This document shows positions 8,355 through 16,851 of a stretch of DNA of 64,000 nt, piece by piece. The position numbers were made by a program, and so were the translations under genes. Source of the stretch: a virus; IMG/VR virus record IMGVR_UViG_3300037424_000898, positions 1 to 64,000 of that record. The stretch is one strand, 5' to 3'. Under the pieces are notes generated by a model. That model made no database searches. It was not told the DNA's origin and saw nothing but the letters and a program-made list of their open reading frames with translations. The stretch's first letter is position 1. Every line of letters begins with the position of its first letter.

Positions 8355-9142
8355 CGAAGGGCATCGTCTACTACTCCGACTGCCGCGGCGACCCGGCCAT
8401 CCTCGAGACATGCTGGGCTCAACTACTCCGTGCCACGGCGGGCCTGTCGCTCGTGTCCGTGACGCTGCAGCCTGTCCCGGGCCTTGGGCTGAACATCGTG
8501 CCCTACCAGTCGGATGACACGGTGATCTGGGTCGATTCGAGTGAGCCGCCCGCCTCGCCGGAGCCATTCGCCCGGGAGTGGACACCGCTTGAGCGCGGCC
8601 GGCTGACGATGTTCCGCCAGATCCTCGCGGGTCTCGAAGCGCTGGACACCGACGTCGCGTTTCTGGCGGAGCATGACGTGCTGTACCCACCAGAGCACTT
8701 CGACTTCACGCCGCCGTCCGCCGACCGCTATTACTACGACGTTCACTGGTATCGGCTCGACGCGCACACCGGGCGGGCCGTGAGCTATCTGGCCAACCAG
8801 GTATCTGGCCTCTGCGCTGACCGGGAACTGCTGATTCAGCACTACCGGGCGCGCGTGGCGCGGACGGAACAGGCTGGCTACGACCACGGCACGGGCTACG
8901 AACCGGGGAACCATCCGCCGCCCCGTGGCATCGACCACGTGCCGCAGGAACGGTTCCGGGCGGCGCAGCCCTATATCGACATCCGCCACGGCTGCAACAT
9001 CACGGCCTCACGCTGGTCGCAGGACGGATTCCGCGACAAGCGGACGTGTACGGAGTGGCGCGAGGTGGACGAGATTCCCGGCTGGGGTCCGACGAAGGGC
9101 CGCTTTCCCGCGTTTCTGGCCGACGTGAGGGCACGCACATGA
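8351..9142 (+). CDS. Putative glycosyltransferase-like protein (unclassified)
   Basis: ATGA overlap start. Contains IVYYSDCRGDP...VSVTLQP...RGRLTMFRQILAGLEALDTDVAFLAEHDVLYPPEHF. The call rests on cluster context and an acidic EHD motif only. Confidence 0.4.
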   Translation: MTKGIVYYSDCRGDPAILETCWAQLLRATAGLSLVSVTLQPVPGLGLNIVPYQSDDTVIWVDSSEPPASPEPFAREWTPLERGRLTMFRQILAGLEALDTDVAFLAEHDVLYPPEHFDFTPPSADRYYYDVHWYRLDAHTGRAVSYLANQVSGLCADRELLIQHYRARVARTEQAGYDHGTGYEPGNHPPPRGIDHVPQERFRAAQPYIDIRHGCNITASRWSQDGFRDKRTCTEWREVDEIPGWGPTKGRFPAFLADVRART

Positions 9143-9843
9143 CCGCAAACAGTCTGATTCAACAGGCGCTCAAGTCCATCGGCGTGCTCGCGGCCGGGGA
9201 AACGCTGGGCGCGAGCGAGGCAACCGATTGTCTCACCGCGCTGAACGCGATGATCGACACGTGGGCGATCCACCACCTGACAATCGCCTACCGGACCCGT
9301 TCGACCTATGCGCTCGTCGCGGGGACGCAGACCTACTCCATTGGCGCAAGCGGCACGTTCGATCAAGTGCGGCCGGTCTATCTGGACGGCATCACCATCG
9401 CGCTTTCGGCGAGTCCGACCATCGAGACGCGGCTGGAGCCCTACACGGAAGACGAGTGGCGGATTCTCTCGACGCGGAGCCAGTCGGGCACGCCCAACCG
9501 GTACTACTACCGCAAGACGTTCCCGCTGGCCTACCTGTCGTTCTGGCCGGTGCCGGATGCGGCCGATACGGTGGCGATTTCGTGGGGCACGCCGCTCACC
9601 GAGTTCGCCACGCTTCTGACGGACTACGACCTGGCGCCGGGCTACCGGGAAGCGATTCGCTACAACCTTGCCGTGCGGCTCTGTCCGGAGTTTGGACGTC
9701 CACTCGATCCGACCGTCGCGCAGCTGGCCGTCGAGACGCTGGGCACCATCAAGCGGGCGAATATCACGCCAATGGACATGAGCGTGGACGCGGCGCTGTT
9801 GTTCAACACGAACAGCGCGTTCAACATCAACACCGGGGAGTGA
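9139..9843 (+). CDS. Head-to-tail adaptor, P22 gp4-like
   Basis: ATGA overlap start. The N-terminus QQALKSIGVLAAGETLGASEATDCLTALNAMIDTW resembles the P22 gp4 N-terminus (ALRKLGV...L..M...W). It lies immediately upstream of the gp10-like gene. Confidence 0.6.
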   Translation: MTANSLIQQALKSIGVLAAGETLGASEATDCLTALNAMIDTWAIHHLTIAYRTRSTYALVAGTQTYSIGASGTFDQVRPVYLDGITIALSASPTIETRLEPYTEDEWRILSTRSQSGTPNRYYYRKTFPLAYLSFWPVPDAADTVAISWGTPLTEFATLLTDYDLAPGYREAIRYNLAVRLCPEFGRPLDPTVAQLAVETLGTIKRANITPMDMSVDAALLFNTNSAFNINTGE

Positions 9844-9846
9844 GTC

Positions 9847-10095
9847 ATGCAGACCAACTCGTCCTACAACTACGCGAAGGCGGAAACCAAGAGCGACACG
9901 GTGGATTTCCAGAAGGGCACCTGTGACGCGATCTTCGTCGGGACCGAGGCGGGCAACGTGACCGTCGTGCTGGAGAACGGCGACACGGTGCTGTTCGTGG
10001 CCGTTCCGGTCGGGACGATTCTGCCGATTCGGGCGAAGCGCATCAACAGCACCGGAACCGGTAGTTCCACCTTCGTGGCGCTGTACCAGAAGTAA
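9847..10095 (+). CDS. Small virion-module protein, unknown function
   Basis: 82-aa ORF with GGGGAG upstream, located between the adaptor and the hub genes. Confidence 0.6.
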   Translation: MQTNSSYNYAKAETKSDTVDFQKGTCDAIFVGTEAGNVTVVLENGDTVLFVAVPVGTILPIRAKRINSTGTGSSTFVALYQK

Positions 10096-10100
10096 CGACG

Positions 10101-11279
10101 ATGCCTCGATATGCGGGCTTCATCGGCGGGACGCAGGTTCACCGTTCGTTGAACGTGAACGCGGAGCGGACGATCAACTTCTATCCGGAGTTGACCCAGC
10201 CGGGGAACGCCAAGAGTCCGATTGTGCTCCTCGGGACGCCGGGGCTGCGCGTGTTCGCGGATGCGGGCGGGTCGCCGATCTATGGCCTATGGGCGCAGGA
10301 CGGGCGCGTGTTCGCCGTGGCGGGCTCCTCCTTGGTCGAAGTCTTCGCCGACCGCACGACGACGGTGCGAGGCGTCGTGGCGGACAACGGCACGCCCGCC
10401 ACCATCGTGTCGAACGGCGTCGGTGGGTTTCAGTTGATGGTGATTGCCGGCGAACGGCTCTACTGCTACGACTTGCGAACCGACGAACTGACACAGATTT
10501 CGGGCACGCCGGCGCTCTCGGTGTCGGCCTCGCCATCGGGGAGTGACGATGGGGAGAGCGACTTCCCCGAGCGCGTGATGATGGGCGACTACATCGACGG
10601 GTACTTCGTGGTACTCGCCGGGGAGTGGCAACTCTACATCAGCGCGTTGAACGACGGGACAACCTGGGACGTCGCCGACACCGCGCAGGTGTCGAGCAGC
10701 AGCAACCGGATTCTGGCGCTCATCTGCGACCACAAGGAAGTGTGGCTGTTCGGATCGCGCAAAAGCGAGGTCTGGATCAACACCGGGAATGCTGATTTTC
10801 CGTTCGGCCCGATTCAGGGTGTCTTCATCGAGTTCGGCATCTGGGCGCCGTTCTCCGTGGCTCGCATCGACAACACCCTGTTCTGGATTGGCGCGGACGA
10901 ACGCGGGGCGGGCAAGGTCTACCGGATGCAGGGCTACAACCCGATCCGCATCTCGACCCATGCCGTCGAATACGCCTTCGGGCAGTCGTCCCGGCTGACG
11001 GAGGCGATCGCGTTCACGTACGACGAGGAGGGGCACAGCTTCTACTTCGTGTATGTGCCGGACCTCGAAACCTCGTGGGTCTACGACGTGGCGATAGGCC
11101 TTTGGCATGAACGGGCCATGTGGGACGCGACGTTCTCGCGCTGGTGGCCGCATCTCGCGCGGTGTCACTGCTTCACGACGTGGGGTCAGCACCTGGTTGG
11201 CGACCGGCAGAGCGGCACCATCTACCAGATGAGCCTGGACTACCTCGATGACGAACTGGTCATCGACGGAGGGTTATAG
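10101..11279 (+). CDS. P22 gp10-like tail hub ('phage stabilisation protein'), N-terminal propeller part only
   Basis: Motifs: INFYPE, LYISALNDGTTWDVADTAQ, EVWLFGSRKSEVWINTGNADFPFGP, FWIGADERGAGKVYRMQGYNPIRISTHAVEYA, GDRQSGTIYQMSLDYLDDE. It ends at TAG 11277-11279, just before the point where homologues continue into the C-terminal module. Confidence 0.7.
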   Translation: MPRYAGFIGGTQVHRSLNVNAERTINFYPELTQPGNAKSPIVLLGTPGLRVFADAGGSPIYGLWAQDGRVFAVAGSSLVEVFADRTTTVRGVVADNGTPATIVSNGVGGFQLMVIAGERLYCYDLRTDELTQISGTPALSVSASPSGSDDGESDFPERVMMGDYIDGYFVVLAGEWQLYISALNDGTTWDVADTAQVSSSSNRILALICDHKEVWLFGSRKSEVWINTGNADFPFGPIQGVFIEFGIWAPFSVARIDNTLFWIGADERGAGKVYRMQGYNPIRISTHAVEYAFGQSSRLTEAIAFTYDEEGHSFYFVYVPDLETSWVYDVAIGLWHERAMWDATFSRWWPHLARCHCFTTWGQHLVGDRQSGTIYQMSLDYLDDELVIDGGL

Positions 11280-13037
11280 GTGGGCCAGACAGCCGCAACA
11301 GCAACGGTCATTGCCAGCTTGCCCACGACGATTGTGGAGGACATCGCCGGTCTGGCCGGGGATCAACAGGTCTGGTACACCTACACGACCAATGGCACGG
11401 AATGCGCCTTCGGCGTCTACATCTGGTCTGAGCCGACGTGGGACTACCGCAAGGAAATTGTGATCTACTCCGGCACGCCGGAGGATCTGACGACCGTGTT
11501 TACGGTGTCTCCCACCGTAGGCACGTTGCAGGACAACTTCCCGATTTGCGTTCCCGTTGTCGGCGTGACGACCTACTACGTCCGAGTCCGCAACACGACG
11601 TTCGTGCAGCCGGATCCGGATGCGCCGCCGCTGACGGTGATGTTCACGCCTGCCCCGGTGGAGTCTGTCCCGCTGGGGTCGTTGCTCATTCCAGACGACA
11701 GTGAGGGGCATCCGCTCGTCGCGCTGGACGCCACCGATGGCCATGTGCGGCGCGTGGTGCATCCGTTTCCGCATGGGGAGACGGGCGCAACCTCGCCGGT
11801 CACGGGGCGTATTCTGGTCCGATCCGACGATCTGACGCGCATCGCCCTGTACGACTCTGACGTGTCATTGGTTACGGAGATTTCCGGTTTCCATGCCTCG
11901 GTCGAGAGCGACTGGTTTCCGCAGTTCTGCTGCTCAGAGGCGGGCACGTTCTATGTCGTGGACGAGGACGTGTCGGGCACGGGCGCATTGTGGCTGTGGG
12001 TCATTGCCGATGATGGTACTGTCATCAGCACAACCGACTTTCCGCTCACAGCCTATGTTGCGCTAGGCGGGATCGGCGTCTCTCCCGATGAGACGATCCT
12101 CTACTACGTCCAGAGCAACGGGGTCTTTCGGTACGATCTGGCGACCGGGACTAGTCTGGGTCTCTTCGTGGCGAACGCGGGCGGATACAACCCGCTGATG
12201 AATGGCGACTTCGCAGTCTATGCCGACGGATCCTTCCTGCTGTCGTGCAAGAAAACAATCGGTGGGGCCGCGTATGCGGTCAAACGATATGGCGCTGACG
12301 GGACGTTGCTGACGGCATATGTCATGACGGACGATCCGGCGGAGTGGTACATCCATCATATCGCCCGCGGCGTGACGGACAGCACGTTCTGGGTGTGGCA
12401 ACAGGCGATCGGGGTATTCGGGTATTACAACGGGTACGACAAATTTACTGAGTTCAACATCAGTGACGGATCGGTGGCGAGAGCGCTACCCACAGTGGTG
12501 GCGTTCAGCGAGGGAATTGCGATAATTGCGGGCGATGTGGACGCGCCCCGGTTCGCACACTCAAAGTCCTGTCCACTGCTCATTGCCCGCGTTGCAATAG
12601 CGTCGGCGTCCCCCTCCTCATCGCGTTCGGCCAGCGCGTCCGTGTCTCCGTCGGCGTCCTCGTCGCCCTCGCCATCCCCGAGCATGGCCGAGGAGCAGAC
12701 ATACCTGATTCGGCGGCTCCGGCAGGCGCCACACCTGTCCGACGAGCACCGCTGGCAGTTCCATCAACGCTTTCAGTTGGATCTGGAAACAGGCGTCGGG
12801 CTGTCGAGTGGACAGGGATCGGATCCCCAGATCATGTTGTGCTGGAGCGACGACCACGGGCACACCTGGAGTCACGAGCATTGGACGAGCGCGGGGAAGA
12901 TCGGCGAGTTCAAGAGGCGTGCGCTGTGGTACCGGCTGGGGCGAACGCGGGATCGGATCTATCGGGTGGTGGTGAGCGATCCGGTGAAGTGGGCGCTGGT
13001 TGATGCCTACTTGCAACTGGAATCGGGACGGCGGTAA
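11280..13037 (+). CDS. Tail protein: beta-propeller-like domain, Ser-X linker, then gp10-type C-terminal module
   Basis: GTG start after GGAGGG, in the same frame as the previous ORF. The C-terminus YLIRRLRQAPHL..LDLETGVGL..QIMLCWSDDHGHTWSHEHW..FKRRALWYRLGRTRDRIYRVVVSDPVKW matches the gp10-family C-terminus. Confidence 0.75.
   Translation: MGQTAATATVIASLPTTIVEDIAGLAGDQQVWYTYTTNGTECAFGVYIWSEPTWDYRKEIVIYSGTPEDLTTVFTVSPTVGTLQDNFPICVPVVGVTTYYVRVRNTTFVQPDPDAPPLTVMFTPAPVESVPLGSLLIPDDSEGHPLVALDATDGHVRRVVHPFPHGETGATSPVTGRILVRSDDLTRIALYDSDVSLVTEISGFHASVESDWFPQFCCSEAGTFYVVDEDVSGTGALWLWVIADDGTVISTTDFPLTAYVALGGIGVSPDETILYYVQSNGVFRYDLATGTSLGLFVANAGGYNPLMNGDFAVYADGSFLLSCKKTIGGAAYAVKRYGADGTLLTAYVMTDDPAEWYIHHIARGVTDSTFWVWQQAIGVFGYYNGYDKFTEFNISDGSVARALPTVVAFSEGIAIIAGDVDAPRFAHSKSCPLLIARVAIASASPSSSRSASASVSPSASSSPSPSPSMAEEQTYLIRRLRQAPHLSDEHRWQFHQRFQLDLETGVGLSSGQGSDPQIMLCWSDDHGHTWSHEHWTSAGKIGEFKRRALWYRLGRTRDRIYRVVVSDPVKWALVDAYLQLESGRR
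12603..12683 (+). repeat. Coding Ser-rich linker
   Basis: [27 protein letters not shown] lies immediately before the gp10-type C-module. Confidence 0.85.
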
Positions 13038-15029
13038 ATGGCAACAACGCAATTCTTCTGCACCCGCTCGACGAACAACGTCCTCGGCACGGCTGCCGCC
13101 ATGTACGGTGATGTATCGCAGGCGCAGACGTGGAGCGCAACCGAGACGCTTGGTCGTCAACGGTGGGAGGTTGCAGGGAACTTTCGTAATCTGATCTTCA
13201 CAATTCCAACCGCGCCAGGCGCCGGAACGAGTTGGACGGTCGCGCTGCGAATCAACGGGGCTGACTCTGGGCTCACCTGCACGATCGCGGACGCGAACAC
13301 AACGGCGCGGCTCACTGGGACGGACGGGGCGGTAGCGGCAGGCGACATCATCAGCTGGAAACTCACGCACAGCGGCACACCCGCGAACATCGCAAATACG
13401 TGGATCTCGGTGGAGTTCGAGGCCACGGCAGCGGGGGAGAGTGGGTACGGATATGCGGCCGGCTATGTCAACTCCTTCGCTGGCACCTATCGCAATGGGC
13501 TGTTTTTGGATCTCGGGTGGTACAACGGTGCCGGGTCGCTCCAGCAACAGGTCATCCCTGTCGCCGGCACGATTGACGGGCTGGGTCTGCTTGCGACAGG
13601 CACGCTGTCTGCCGGGCAATCCCAAGTAGTCTGCCTCTATCTGAACGGAGTGAAGCAGGACGGCACAGGCGGAACGGTCAACACGGTCACGACCGTTGGC
13701 GCTGGCCAATACCAGGCGTGGACGCCATTCACGTTAGCAGTGGTCCCGGGAGATTTCGTCTACGTCGAGACGGTGCAATCGCACAACTTCATAGCCGGTG
13801 CCAGCCCGACCTGCAAGTTCACGGCGACAACAGACGGCGAGGCAATGGTATTTGGGGGGTCATACGACGCCCTCAGTCCGGACTCTACCAGGTACCTCAA
13901 TCCAAATTGGGCCTCAGCATGGGTCTGGCAGCTAGCCGAAAGCGCGGCGATCGTCTACGGCGGCGTCAGCACCGTCACGCTCGATCGGTTACGGGTTGAG
14001 TTGCGCGGCACGCCTGGCGCGGGCAACAACTACGCGATTTCTCTGCGGCAAAACGGAGCGTCTCCCGCTGGTGGGCCGGGCGTCACAATCGCTGATGCCG
14101 AAACCTCCGCGTATGATGCAACGGGAACAGTCACGATCGCGGATGAAGACACCTGGGACTTTCGATCGATTCCGACCAGCTCGCCGACTGTGGCATCAAC
14201 CCATTGGGCGATGCGGCAGACTCTCGGAGGGGCTGCTGGAAGCGAGAGCCCCTCAATATCGGCCTCAGTTAGCGCTTCTGTATCGGCGTCCGAAAGTCCA
14301 TCGGTTTCGCCGTCGCAGTCCGTGTCGCAGTCGGAGAGTCCGTCCGCCACACCATCAGTGTCCGCGTCCGTCAGCGCGTCAGTGTCGCCGTCGGTGTCCG
14401 AGTCGATCAGCCCTTCGCTCTCGCCCTCGGCATCCGGGTCCGTGTCTGAGTCGGCATCGCCCTCGGCATCGCCGTCGATTTCTGAGTCGGTGTCGCCAAG
14501 CGTGTCTGGGTCCGAGTCACCATCGGCTTCCCCGTCACAATCCGAGAGTGCCAGCGCCAGCCTGTCGCCGTCCCGGTCGGCCTCACTGTCGCTCTCGCGG
14601 TCGCCGTCTGGCACGCCGTCTCGCTCCCCGTCGCCTTCACCGTCGCCGTCCATCAGTAGCTACAACGGCATCTGCTGGGGTGAGCAGTATCCGGACGCGG
14701 ACGAACAACCGGTCTCGTGGCAGGCATGGGAAGTCGCGCCGGCCATCAAGGGCGAGGTCGAAGGGGATCCCGACTGGGGCCGACTAGAAGTGGCCGGCGG
14801 CGATGTTTACGTGAGTTCCATCGTGGACATGGGTGACGACGCGCTCAAACGCATCTGGTCGATTCGGGACAAGTACGGCATCGGCACTGGAACGGTAACA
14901 GTCTCCGTGCGGGGCAGCGCGATGATCTTCGGGCAGCATGATGCCTCGCCCGCGTGGGCCACCTATACAGGCGCGGTGACGGAGTCCTGGCGCTATGTGC
15001 AGTGGCGCCTGATTTACGTGTCGGGATGA
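13038..15029 (+). CDS. Virion (tail/fibre-associated) protein with internally repeated beta-sandwich-like domains and a long (Ser-X)n tract
   Basis: 663 aa. An internal repeat is visible (APGAGTSWTVALRINGADSGLTCTIADANTTA versus TPGAGNNYAISLRQNGASPAGGPGVTIADAETSA). A 140-aa Ser-X tract precedes a ~120-aa C-terminal domain. Confidence 0.75.
   Translation: MATTQFFCTRSTNNVLGTAAAMYGDVSQAQTWSATETLGRQRWEVAGNFRNLIFTIPTAPGAGTSWTVALRINGADSGLTCTIADANTTARLTGTDGAVAAGDIISWKLTHSGTPANIANTWISVEFEATAAGESGYGYAAGYVNSFAGTYRNGLFLDLGWYNGAGSLQQQVIPVAGTIDGLGLLATGTLSAGQSQVVCLYLNGVKQDGTGGTVNTVTTVGAGQYQAWTPFTLAVVPGDFVYVETVQSHNFIAGASPTCKFTATTDGEAMVFGGSYDALSPDSTRYLNPNWASAWVWQLAESAAIVYGGVSTVTLDRLRVELRGTPGAGNNYAISLRQNGASPAGGPGVTIADAETSAYDATGTVTIADEDTWDFRSIPTSSPTVASTHWAMRQTLGGAAGSESPSISASVSASVSASESPSVSPSQSVSQSESPSATPSVSASVSASVSPSVSESISPSLSPSASGSVSESASPSASPSISESVSPSVSGSESPSASPSQSESASASLSPSRSASLSLSRSPSGTPSRSPSPSPSPSISSYNGICWGEQYPDADEQPVSWQAWEVAPAIKGEVEGDPDWGRLEVAGGDVYVSSIVDMGDDALKRIWSIRDKYGIGTGTVTVSVRGSAMIFGQHDASPAWATYTGAVTESWRYVQWRLIYVSG
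14241..14660 (+). repeat. Coding (Ser-X)n tract
   Basis: [59 protein letters not shown]...SPSPSPSPSISS. Confidence 0.9.
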
Positions 15030-15039
15030 GAGGCGACTG

Positions 15040-16848
15040 ATGGACTTCCCGCAGACGCCGCTACTCGACAACTTCGACCGGGTCGATCAAGGGCCACCGC
15101 CCTCGTCGAACTGGTCTGCCTGGGAGCGCGGCGGCACGCTCAAGAATACCTCCGGCAAGGCCGGGACATCGACCAACTGGAACAAGAAGAACTCGGCGTA
15201 CTGGAACGTCTCGACCTTCGGGCCGGATTGCGAAGCCTGGGTCACAATCGACACCCTTGATACCACGGTCAATGATGCATCGCTGTTCGTGCGGGGCACG
15301 CCGGGCGCCGCGCCGACCTACTACGAGGCTCGCTGGAGTAGCGCAGGGATCGACGTGGGGCGGGTCGTGGCGGGTGGGACGTGGACGGCCATCGGGACGA
15401 CCATCGCGGCCTCGTTCACGAACGGCCACAAGCTGGGCGTCCGGATCTCTGGTTCGGACACCGTCACGATTGACATCTATACCGATACCGGCGCGGGCTG
15501 GACGCTCGCGGGCACGGTCACGGACACGGGCGCGGAGCGCATCACATCGGCGGGCTATCTCGTGCTTCGGGCTGGTGAGACGACGGGCGTTCCGACCTAC
15601 TATGACGACTTCGGCGGCGGCGACATCGAATTGGGCATCTCGGCGAGTGTCAGCCCGAGCGCGAGCACGTCGGAATCGACGAGCCCGAGCGTATCAGAAT
15701 CCGTGTCGGCTTCAGTCAGTGAGAGCCTGTCGGCATCGGTGTCCGCATCTGTCAGCGAGAGCGTGTCGCCGTCGGTGTCGGAGTCAGCGAGCGCGTCTCT
15801 GAGCCCAAGCCTGTCGGAGTCGGTTTCGCCCTCGTCCTCGACTTCGCCGTCCGAAAGCCCGAGCGTGTCGCCGTCGGGTTCCGTCAGCCCGAGTGAATCG
15901 GCCTCCGTGTCGCCGTCGGTATCTGAGTCGCGGTCGCCATCGGTCTCTGAATCGGCGTCCGACTCTGTCTCACCGTCTCTGTCCGAGTCGGCTTCGTCGT
16001 CGATCAGCCCGAGCCAGTCTGAATCCGTGTCGTCGTCAGTCTCGACGTCACAATCCGCATCTCCGTCTGTCAGCCCGAGCCAGTCGCCATCAAGTTCCCC
16101 ATCGGTGAGCCCGAGTCAGTCGGAATCGGCCTCACCGTCTGTCTCGGAATCTGCCTCGTCATCCGTGTCCCCTTCATCATCCGAATCCCGCTCGCCGTCG
16201 GTCTCGTTCTCAGGGAGCCCGTCTCCTTCGGAGGAGATTCCGACTGCGTTCGTGGACGACTTCGTCTGCCGATGGGAAGGCGTCTCGGCGTCCGTTTCGC
16301 CGTCGGTCTCTGAGTCCGCCTCGGTCTCGGCGTCGGCCAGTCCAAGCCGGTCGGCCTCTCTATCGCCGTCCATCTCCCCCTCGGCGTCTCCGTCGGTCAG
16401 CCCGAGTGCATCGGTCAGTCCCTCGGCGTCGCCGAGTGTCAGCCCGTCCGTCTCGGAATCGGCCTCGCCCTCGCCAAGCATTGGGTTGGAGGATGTCTAT
16501 CCGATCCGTCGCTTGCGCCGGGCGCCGCACATCTCATACGAAGCCAGCGGCATCTTCTATCACGAGTTCGAGTTGGATCTGGAAACCGGCGTCGGGTTGT
16601 CCATCGGCCGGGAGAACAGCCAGATCGGCGTCGATCCACAGGTCATGCTCCAGTGGTCGGACGATGGCGGACACACGTTCGGGAACGAGCACTGGGTGTC
16701 AGCGGGGCGAATCGGGCAGTTCGGGCGCCGGGCGGTGTGGCATCGACTCGGGCGGTCGAGGGACCGGGTGTTTCAGGTGGTCGTGACGGACCCCGTGAAG
16801 TGGTGCCTCATCGAAGCCTACCTCTACAGCGAGCCGGGACGGAGTTAG
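15040..16848 (+). CDS. Tail protein: N-terminal globular domain, two (Ser-X)n tracts, and a second copy of the gp10-type C-terminal module
   Basis: The C-terminus YPIRRLRRAPHI..LDLETGVGL..QVMLQWSDDGGHTFGNEHW..FGRRAVWHRLGRSRDRVFQVVVTDPVKW is paralogous to the end of 11280-13037. Confidence 0.75.
   Translation: MDFPQTPLLDNFDRVDQGPPPSSNWSAWERGGTLKNTSGKAGTSTNWNKKNSAYWNVSTFGPDCEAWVTIDTLDTTVNDASLFVRGTPGAAPTYYEARWSSAGIDVGRVVAGGTWTAIGTTIAASFTNGHKLGVRISGSDTVTIDIYTDTGAGWTLAGTVTDTGAERITSAGYLVLRAGETTGVPTYYDDFGGGDIELGISASVSPSASTSESTSPSVSESVSASVSESLSASVSASVSESVSPSVSESASASLSPSLSESVSPSSSTSPSESPSVSPSGSVSPSESASVSPSVSESRSPSVSESASDSVSPSLSESASSSISPSQSESVSSSVSTSQSASPSVSPSQSPSSSPSVSPSQSESASPSVSESASSSVSPSSSESRSPSVSFSGSPSPSEEIPTAFVDDFVCRWEGVSASVSPSVSESASVSASASPSRSASLSPSISPSASPSVSPSASVSPSASPSVSPSVSESASPSPSIGLEDVYPIRRLRRAPHISYEASGIFYHEFELDLETGVGLSIGRENSQIGVDPQVMLQWSDDGGHTFGNEHWVSAGRIGQFGRRAVWHRLGRSRDRVFQVVVTDPVKWCLIEAYLYSEPGRS
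15640..16230 (+). repeat. Coding (Ser-X)n tract, about 197 aa
   Basis: [57 protein letters not shown]... Confidence 0.9.
16285..16479 (+). repeat. Coding (Ser-X)n tract, second block
   Basis: [65 protein letters not shown]. Confidence 0.9.
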
Positions 16849-16851
16849 AAG

